This document shows, in pieces, positions 57,143-64,000 of a DNA stretch of 64,000 bases. The notes under the pieces were generated by a model. That model searched no databases and was not told the origin of the DNA. It saw nothing but the letters and a program-made list of their open reading frames with translations. Numbering within the stretch: position 1 is the first letter of the stretch; every line of letters begins with the position of its first letter. The translations under genes were made by a program, and so were the position numbers. The stretch comes from Terrimicrobiaceae bacterium. Its GTDB lineage: Bacteria; Verrucomicrobiota; Verrucomicrobiia; Chthoniobacterales; Terrimicrobiaceae. Location of the stretch: contig JBGSVZ010000035.1 of the NCBI GenBank assembly GCA_041752695.1, positions 32,001 through 96,000 on the forward strand, in the 5' to 3' direction.

Positions 57143-58003
57143 TCAACGTTGCCGGGATTCGTAGAGTCGGCGGTAGGCACTGGGTGTCATTTTTCGCTCG
57201 GCAAGGAAGCGCCGATTAAAACTCGCGAGATTTCGAAATCCACTCGCAAAGGCGATTTCCGTGATGGGCAGATCGCCATCGGCCAGGAGCCGACAGGCTG
57301 CATGGATTCGGATGCGCGTGCGATAAGCTTCCAACGTCGTTCCCACCGTGCGCCGAAAAAATCGGGAGAACGCCCCCGGACTCAACCCAAACCTCTTCGC
57401 GAGATCTGGTAGCGGCATATCATCTGCATGATGGCTGACGATGTAAGAAGTGATAGCTTCTGCGCGGGTGGAGAGCCTGGCAGAGCGACCGTGCCAATAC
57501 GTCGGAGATGCCAATGACCGCCCGACCGTGTTGGCGAGTTGATCCAAAATTCGTACGAGTTCCAGCCATCGCCCCAGGCCGCTTGCATTCGCGAGCGACC
57601 CGATGGCGGGGCCGAGCCGGTCGCTCGTCTCGCGTGGAAATGCGACTCCGCAAGCGGATCGGTCGAGCAGCGTGGCAATCGCTGCAAATTCCGGCAACGC
57701 GCGAAAATGCAGCGGAATCTTCTCGGGCCGAAATTGAATGACGGTCGCGTTATTCACGGCACTGATGCTTGTGTCCGAAAACCACGTGTGCGGTAGGTTG
57801 GGCCCAACGAACACCAAATCTCCCGCGGCGTAGGGTTCGGACTGGTCGCCCACCAGCCGGGTTCCCACTCCGCTGGTGATATGTGTCAGTTCAAACTCAG
57901 GGTGGTAGTGCCAATTCCAGAGGAATTGCTTTTCTTTTCGGTGATAGGCTGAGACGGAATGAGCACCCTCGACGGATCGAGGGGATTCGAAAGCGGGCTT
58001 CAT
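57143..58003 (-). CDS. AraC family regulator with cupin sensor
   Basis: WHYHPEFEL, LVGD, GPNLPHTW and C-terminal ITEIAFASGFRNLASFNRRF. Confidence 0.93.
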   Translation of the reverse strand: MKPAFESPRSVEGAHSVSAYHRKEKQFLWNWHYHPEFELTHITSGVGTRLVGDQSEPYAAGDLVFVGPNLPHTWFSDTSISAVNNATVIQFRPEKIPLHFRALPEFAAIATLLDRSACGVAFPRETSDRLGPAIGSLANASGLGRWLELVRILDQLANTVGRSLASPTYWHGRSARLSTRAEAITSYIVSHHADDMPLPDLAKRFGLSPGAFSRFFRRTVGTTLEAYRTRIRIHAACRLLADGDLPITEIAFASGFRNLASFNRRFLAERKMTPSAYRRLYESRQR

Positions 58004-58110
58004 AGACTTAAAGTATCATTTTCGACAGGAAACATCATCAAAGTACCAGCAATTGGTTTTCCAAGCTGAGCACCAAGCGCGTGTTTGTGTAAGATTCTGA
58101 TCTATCCAAT

Positions 58111-59544
58111 ATGAATTCATTTCCAGCAACGCACCGTGGACTTCCGCCTTTGGTCGGCCTCGCCGATTTTGAAATCGCCTCCCAACCCGGGCTATCCGTC
58201 GAGACCGCCGTGGGCCGGCTTAAGCGATTTCACTACTCGCTGTTGCGCCTGCACGAAATCCTGGTTGCTCGCCTCACCGCAGAACCCATTTACGAACTAA
58301 AAATGGCGTTCAGTTACCACGCGCATCTTTGCGCGGAGAACGACACCAGTTTCCGCACTCGGGTCGGCGAAATGCGCGAGCCCCCTTTGGGCCTCGAAAA
58401 GATGCCCCATCCTGCGCTTGGAGTATTTTTCGATGAGATCCTCGCTGCACCCTCCACCGCAGACTTGGTTCTCGGTCTTTACCATCGCGCTTTTCCATTG
58501 CTCCAGACGGGGCTCCGACACTATTTCGAGGAATCCCATCCGCTAGCGGACGCACCATCGCGGCGACTCTGCCGCTTAGCCCTTTTGGACATCGACGACA
58601 TTTGCGCTTACGGCGAAAAGGCTGTTGCCTGCCTCGTCAAGACGGATGATCGCGTGGCGCACGAGCAGTGGCTGACACTTCTTGACGTTTGTCTGGCACA
58701 GGCTGGGGGCCTGGATGGAAGCACAAGTGTTTCTGAGGGCGCGTCTGAGCCGACTCGGTATTTTTCCTCGAAAGGGTTTATTTTCGACGGTGAGCCACGG
58801 CGGGACGAGCGTTTTCCTGATCCCTACAACATGGGTGTCAATGGCGAGGAGTTTATTTACGACGACGCGATGCCCGACGACGCCAAGGTGCTCATAATGT
58901 ATTACAAACGCCTGCGCGAAATCGACGTCCCCGAGATGATGGCGAGCATCATCACCGAAACCAATGGAAAACCCTGGGGCTACACTCGTGATATGACTCG
59001 TCAACTGTGGGACGAGGCTCGACACGCAATGATGGGCGAGGTCGGGTTCGCTTCCTTGGGACTGGATTGGCCGAGCCTGGTCATGATCAATTCCACGTGG
59101 TCAAGAGCATTGAATCTTCAACTCGAACCCCGGGAACGTCACGCCGTTCTTTACTACATTGAACAAGGTCTTATGCCCCGAACGGGAAAACGTCACGAGT
59201 GGGAAGTGAGCCAACGCGCGGGTGACCCGCTCGCCGCTACGTTCCAAGATTTCGACTGGGCCGACGAAGTCCTTCATGCGCGAATCGGTCGAGATTGGTA
59301 TGTGAAAGACATGCCATCAGCGCAAGAGGCCGTTAAATATGGCGACGAATGCTGGACAAAAGTGCTCATCGGTTGGAAAAAATGGAAGGACGATGGGCTT
59401 ACCCAGCACCGAAATTGGTGGCCGGATGCCTACAAAGCGTTTTGTCGCCTCCGCGGCGTGGAAGTGGATCCTCTTGCTCTCGCCTACGCCACCTCCTACG
59501 AATTCAAGCGAGCCGATCTCAAGGGGATACCCGCATCGGACTGA
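58111..59544 (+). CDS. Ferritin-like (DUF455-like) putative diiron protein
   Basis: C-terminal half has RLREIDVPE, WDEARH, IEQ and ADEVLH (E..ExxH..E..ExxH); N-terminal half is helical and looks like a degenerate bundle. Confidence 0.7.
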   Translation: MNSFPATHRGLPPLVGLADFEIASQPGLSVETAVGRLKRFHYSLLRLHEILVARLTAEPIYELKMAFSYHAHLCAENDTSFRTRVGEMREPPLGLEKMPHPALGVFFDEILAAPSTADLVLGLYHRAFPLLQTGLRHYFEESHPLADAPSRRLCRLALLDIDDICAYGEKAVACLVKTDDRVAHEQWLTLLDVCLAQAGGLDGSTSVSEGASEPTRYFSSKGFIFDGEPRRDERFPDPYNMGVNGEEFIYDDAMPDDAKVLIMYYKRLREIDVPEMMASIITETNGKPWGYTRDMTRQLWDEARHAMMGEVGFASLGLDWPSLVMINSTWSRALNLQLEPRERHAVLYYIEQGLMPRTGKRHEWEVSQRAGDPLAATFQDFDWADEVLHARIGRDWYVKDMPSAQEAVKYGDECWTKVLIGWKKWKDDGLTQHRNWWPDAYKAFCRLRGVEVDPLALAYATSYEFKRADLKGIPASD

Positions 59545-59734
59545 CATTGCTCGCGGTTGCGCGTCCAACGCATGTTTTCGTTACCACTAATGCAAACAAG
59601 ACGTCGCCATGCCCGGGTGCCGCTTTTAGCCCCCAAAAACCCGAAGGAAGCACCCTTTCGCTCGTTGTAGTCACCGAGCTTCGCTACCATGCTGAATTTC
59701 TACGAATGAGTCGAAAATTTTGCATTCCTTCATC

Positions 59735-61174
59735 ATGGTGAGCGCGCAACCTTTTAAGGCAGGCACCGCCCGCACGGACATCACACCGGAACTCGGGCTC
59801 AGACTCACTGGTTATGCTGTGCGTGAGGGAACACCCCTAGCCGTTGATGAACCTCTCTCACTTACAGTGCTCGCATTAAGTGAAGGCGAGCAGACGATCC
59901 TGATTGTCGCTGCGGACCTCTGTTTGATCGATGTGCCGTGCGCGTTGGAACTTCGCCGCTTGTGTGCCGATGCGGCTGGCATCGCCTGTTCTCACGTCCT
60001 GCTTAATGTGAATCACAGCCACTCGGCACCGGGAATCGGGACCTACGTGGAATTTGAGCCCTTGGACCAGCAAAAATTGCGAGCCGCCTATTGGCACAAG
60101 CTTCAGCTCTCAGCGGTGGATGCAACCCGGCGAGCGGTTTTGGCTTTGGAACCCGCCCGGGTTGCCGTCGGTTGGGGCGAGTGTCGCGGGAACATCAATC
60201 GCCGCCAGAAAAGCACTGATGGCACAGTGCTGTTGGGCGAGGATCCGGCGGGGGCTTGCGATTCGAGCGTCGGTGTGATCCGCGTGGATTCCATGAACGG
60301 TCGTCCGCTCGCCGTGGCATTCCGCTACTCGTGCCATACGGTCACTCTGGGGCCGAAAACCAACCGTGTTTCCCCCGACTTCGCGGGACCGGCTCGGCGC
60401 GTGGTTGAGTCTGCGCTGGGCTGTCCCTCGCTGTTCCTGCAAGGCTGCGCCGGAAACATTAACCCTGCTACCGGCATCGGGCAGGATGCCGACGATTCGC
60501 CCTGCGTGAACGAGGATAAAGACCGTCTTGGCCACATGCTGGGAGGCGAGGTGCTCAAAGTCGCGCAGACCCTGCGCACCCACCGCCGCCGCTGCGACCC
60601 CGTGTTGGTCGAATCCGTCGGACGCTATTGGTTATACGGCTACGAGCCCGTTCCACCCATCCTGCAGGGGCCGCTTGCGGCATGCGAAACACAGCTGACG
60701 CTTCCGCTCACCCCGTTTCCTGCGCTCCCCGAAGTCGAGGCCGAGCGAGCGGAATGGGCCGCGAAATTACAGGCTGGCCGAAAGCGGGAAGCCCGCGGGT
60801 GGAATGTGAACCCCCTCCTCCGCTTCGACTACTGGGCGCAAAAACGCCTTGATGCCGCGCGCCACACGACGGATCCGGTCACCATCAGCTTTCCGCTTCA
60901 AGCCCTGCGAATTGGCAGTCTGAAAATCCTGGCCATCCCCTTCGAGGCGATGGCTGAAACCGGCATCGCTCTCCGGAACGCGCTCGGACCGGACACCTTT
61001 GTACTCGGCTTCAGCAATGGCATCGTTTCCTACCTTCCCACGCCGGAGATCAGCTCGGAGGGCGGCATGGAAGCAAAGCTGGGCTACAAAGCCTACCTGG
61101 TGCCATCCGAAGTTCCGGGCACATGGGAACCCGTCATCCGCGAAAGCCTTGCCTCATTACCCCTCTCACTCTGA
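59735..61174 (+). CDS. Neutral/alkaline non-lysosomal ceramidase N-terminal domain protein (metal-dependent hydrolase, function unknown)
   Basis: AGTARTDITP, LTGY..R, NHSHSAP, NINRR, YSCH, SPDF.G, QGCAGNINP, PFE and GFSNG..SYLPT. Confidence 0.8.
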   Translation: MVSAQPFKAGTARTDITPELGLRLTGYAVREGTPLAVDEPLSLTVLALSEGEQTILIVAADLCLIDVPCALELRRLCADAAGIACSHVLLNVNHSHSAPGIGTYVEFEPLDQQKLRAAYWHKLQLSAVDATRRAVLALEPARVAVGWGECRGNINRRQKSTDGTVLLGEDPAGACDSSVGVIRVDSMNGRPLAVAFRYSCHTVTLGPKTNRVSPDFAGPARRVVESALGCPSLFLQGCAGNINPATGIGQDADDSPCVNEDKDRLGHMLGGEVLKVAQTLRTHRRRCDPVLVESVGRYWLYGYEPVPPILQGPLAACETQLTLPLTPFPALPEVEAERAEWAAKLQAGRKREARGWNVNPLLRFDYWAQKRLDAARHTTDPVTISFPLQALRIGSLKILAIPFEAMAETGIALRNALGPDTFVLGFSNGIVSYLPTPEISSEGGMEAKLGYKAYLVPSEVPGTWEPVIRESLASLPLSL

Positions 61175-61324
61175 CAGAAACTTCCCCTTTGCTCCGAGGG
61201 CAGCACAACAAAGCGGAAGCCCTTCATTGGATCGCAAGAAGATCGCTGTCAGCCCCCGGAATGCTGGATTTTGCCCCCAATCCGGATTTGAGAATGAGTT
61301 TCGGGCGGGAAAATCTACTCTATC

Positions 61325-62458
61325 ATGCCTGAGACTCTCGCTGCTCCCGTCACTGATTCTAAATTTAGATCTACCCTGCGCGCCCCGAACAGGGGAATTT
61401 GCTGTGCTCTGATCGGCGCGGGTTGGTGGGGAACGAGTGCGCACATGCCTGCCCTTCTCAAGCACCCAGGCGCGGATTTGGTGGCTGTGCATGACCGCAG
61501 TCGCGAGAAAGCGGAAAAGGTGTCAGCGGATTTTGGTGTGCCGATGGCCTGCGCGACCCTTGATGAGGTTCTTGCCATTCCGGGCTTGGAGGCGGTGATC
61601 ATTGCCACTACCCCGAACGTGCATTTTGACCAAGCCCGAGCCGCACTGGAGGCAGGCATGCATGTGCTGGTCGAGAAACCCATCACTCTGACTCTTGCCG
61701 AGGCCAGGGTGCTTGAGGAGCTGGCAAACGAAAAAGGGCTTGTGCTCGCCGTTGCCTGCCCATGGCATTTTACCGCTCATGGCAAAGCTGCGCGGGAACT
61801 CGTCCGTTCCGGCTGCCTCGGAGAGATGAAGATGATCAGCGTGCTGATGACCAATTTCACGCTGGGTCTCTATCAGGGAAAGGCTTGGGATCATGCCTTC
61901 GAGCAAAATCCCGAACTACAAAAGTCGGCCGAGGTGTATGTGCCACCCGCCACAAACTCCTACAGCGATCCCTCGATCTCGGGCGGAGGCCAGATTTATT
62001 GTCAGGTTTCCCACGCGGCCGCGTATTTGAGTTATCTCACCGGGCGGCAACCCGCCGAGGTCTTTGCGCGTTTCGACAATGCGGGCATGGCGGTGGATAT
62101 CTACGATTCTCTTTCCATCAAACTTGATGATGGCACGTTAGTCTCGATGGCGAGCCATGGGGCGACGATGCTCACTGAGCGGCACTACGAGGTTCGCGTG
62201 TATGGCACCGAGGGCATGATTTTGCTCGATCTTTGGAAAGGGAAAATGGAATTTCACGCGCGCGATTGCCAGATCACCCGCTACCCGGACCTCTCCGAAG
62301 AAGAAATCTACCCGCTCTTCGCGCCCACCGAAAACTTTATTGACGCGATCTTGGGCAATGCCCCCAATGTTTCGCCGGGCGACATTGGCGTTTTCAGCAT
62401 GCAGATCATCGAAGCCGCCGTGGCGTCCGCAGCCTCTGGACGCAACATCGTTCTTTAA
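61325..62458 (+). CDS. Gfo/Idh/MocA family NAD(P)-dependent oxidoreductase
   Basis: IGAGWWG Rossmann motif, HVLVEKP, SGGG....QVSH and YGTEG. Confidence 0.92.
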   Translation: MPETLAAPVTDSKFRSTLRAPNRGICCALIGAGWWGTSAHMPALLKHPGADLVAVHDRSREKAEKVSADFGVPMACATLDEVLAIPGLEAVIIATTPNVHFDQARAALEAGMHVLVEKPITLTLAEARVLEELANEKGLVLAVACPWHFTAHGKAARELVRSGCLGEMKMISVLMTNFTLGLYQGKAWDHAFEQNPELQKSAEVYVPPATNSYSDPSISGGGQIYCQVSHAAAYLSYLTGRQPAEVFARFDNAGMAVDIYDSLSIKLDDGTLVSMASHGATMLTERHYEVRVYGTEGMILLDLWKGKMEFHARDCQITRYPDLSEEEIYPLFAPTENFIDAILGNAPNVSPGDIGVFSMQIIEAAVASAASGRNIVL

Positions 62459-62505
62459 GGTTTCGGCGCGACAATCAGGGCTTCCTGAAGAAAGTCTATG
62501 GAGAC

Positions 62506-63459
62506 ATGAAGCGCACTCATCTGAAACCCGCCATAATCGGCCTAGCCCAGTTTGGGCCTCAGGTCCAGAATGCCGGCTACTTTCAGTTTTCCCGTGCCAC
62601 CGAGTTCAGCTACCGGCTTGGTTCCCACCATTTGATTTTGGTTGAGAGCGGCGAAATTCATGCAAGCCCTCCAAGTGGCCCAGTGCACGGCAACGCCCGC
62701 GATTTGATTTGTTTTCGCCCTGCGAGCACAATGAACTATCGGGTGACCTCCGGCACCGTTTTTTACCAGATCTCGGTGCACTTTGCAGCCCCTCCCCGGC
62801 ATCTGCTAACCCCCGAACTGCCGGAACTTGGGCCCCTGCCGGTCCTTACCCCCACAGGCGAGACCTTCGCAGAATTCCGAAAACTGTTCGAGGCGGTCTG
62901 CGTTCATCTCCCCAAGGGTGGCTCACGCCACCACTTCCACGTGCAAACGTCGGTTTTCCAGATGCTCACCCTGCTAGCATCCATCGGGGCTTCTTTTTCC
63001 GAACTGCCCCTTCCACTGGACCGTTGGGAACGCATTCACCTGCGCCTCGCCTCCGCCGACGGCAGTAAGCTCTCCCAGGCCGACTTGGCCCGCGAACTCG
63101 GCGTCTCCGAGGGCCACTTCGTCCGCATCTTCCGTCAGCGCTTTGGGATGACTCCCGGTCACTGCCGCATGCATGCCCGCCTCGTTGAGGCCGTGCAGAT
63201 GCTGCGCGAAACCGACGAATCGGTGAAATCCGTAGCCTACACCCTCGGCTTTGATGGTGCCAAGGGGCTCACCCGCTCGATGAAAAAATACCTCCACCTC
63301 ACCGCATCCGAAATCCGGCGCGAAACGGAACCCTCGCAGCAAAGCAACTCAAGCAAAACCTCCGGCGCATTGTTCCCCACCAATCAGCACCTGCTACCCC
63401 CTGGCGACCGCGTCGAACTTCTCCTAGCCCGCCTCCACGTCAGCGAACGGCAAATTTGA
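62506..63459 (+). CDS. AraC family transcriptional regulator
   Basis: LARELGVSEGHFVRIFRQRFGMTP and SVKSVAYTLGF HTH motifs. Confidence 0.9.
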   Translation: MKRTHLKPAIIGLAQFGPQVQNAGYFQFSRATEFSYRLGSHHLILVESGEIHASPPSGPVHGNARDLICFRPASTMNYRVTSGTVFYQISVHFAAPPRHLLTPELPELGPLPVLTPTGETFAEFRKLFEAVCVHLPKGGSRHHFHVQTSVFQMLTLLASIGASFSELPLPLDRWERIHLRLASADGSKLSQADLARELGVSEGHFVRIFRQRFGMTPGHCRMHARLVEAVQMLRETDESVKSVAYTLGFDGAKGLTRSMKKYLHLTASEIRRETEPSQQSNSSKTSGALFPTNQHLLPPGDRVELLLARLHVSERQI

Positions 63460-63595
63460 TGCTCTACCTGCTGAGCCAAACGCTCATTTCTGACCCCGAA
63501 AAGCCGATTTTCGCCCCCTATGTTGGTTTGCCCTGGAAGGTTGCAGGGGCGTAGTTTTTACCAGTTCATCCAGACACAAACTGAAACTAAAATCC

Positions 63596-64000
63596 ATGAA
63601 AACTACGATCAAAAAATCGCTCCTTGGTGCCGTCTGCCTCGCAGTCGTCGGTGCTTATTCCGCCAACGCAGCCTTTTTGGTGGCAGAGAGTTCCTCCGGA
63701 AAGGCTGAGCTCTACGGTTCCAACGGTACCCATCTCAGTACTTTCGCCACCGGACTCAGCACACCACTTGGTGTGGCCGAGGGTGGCGGTTTCGTTTTTA
63801 TCAGCACCTACGGGAACGATATGATCAATAAATACTCACCGAGCGGAACCTCATTGGGTGTAGTCAATTCCTCTGCCACAGGCCATGGTCCTGCTGGTTT
63901 GGCGTTCATCAACGGACGTATCCAAGGTGCGGCTTTTAACATCAGCTACCTCACAAGCAGCGGCCCGGATCCTGCGGCAGAGGACGGAAACCCTGCAACG
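63596..64000 (+). CDS. Secreted NHL-like beta-propeller protein, partial, runs off the right edge
   Basis: Not in the ORF track; hand translation MKTTIKKSLLGAVCLAVVGAYSANAAFLVAE...FATGLSTPLGVA...INKYSPSG...GPAGLAF, open to the window end. Confidence 0.75.
   Translation, partial: MKTTIKKSLLGAVCLAVVGAYSANAAFLVAESSSGKAELYGSNGTHLSTFATGLSTPLGVAEGGGFVFISTYGNDMINKYSPSGTSLGVVNSSATGHGPAGLAFINGRIQGAAFNISYLTSSGPDPAAEDGNPAT

Noticed and set aside
1..64000. CRISPR arrays, tRNA/rRNA, IS elements, prophage, defence systems, bacterial microcompartment shell genes
   Set aside because: No regularly spaced repeats, RNA-gene signatures or matching protein motifs were found by eye; a covariance-model search was not possible.

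Overview
A GC-rich bacterial window almost entirely devoted to glycan breakdown and sugar catabolism. It is most likely from a Verrucomicrobiota/PVC organism (inferred from PEP-CTERM proteins and a DPDGDG..EYA..RRFLRL C-terminal exoprotein domain). Left to right: (1) a minus-strand block of three GH38-type proteins, a sulfatase, a Na+:solute symporter, a GxGYxYP protein and an unclassified GH-A-like secreted protein; (2) an XRE-cupin regulator, an MFS sugar porter and a GH2; (3) a catabolic operon of DeoR, a non-canonical class II aldolase, a PfkB kinase, a 2-oxoacid/acetoin-dehydrogenase-type E2-E1alpha-E1beta without E3, and an aldolase/SDR fusion, divergent from a FucI-like isomerase and xylFGH-xylR; (4) a PEP-CTERM seven-repeat beta-propeller, a second GH2, GH8, a propeller protein, two paralogous CBM-GH39-like exoenzymes, glpX and two gene remnants; (5) RhaT, an isomerase, an epimerase and an AraC regulator, divergent from a tandem ferritin-like (DUF455-like) protein, a ceramidase-like hydrolase, a Gfo/Idh/MocA oxidoreductase, another AraC and a partial secreted protein. 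A LacI-type 14-bp operator (TGAAAACGTTTGCA) recurs upstream of four transcription units. I saw no rRNA, tRNA, CRISPR array or transposase. All family calls come from motif recognition by eye; no database search was run.
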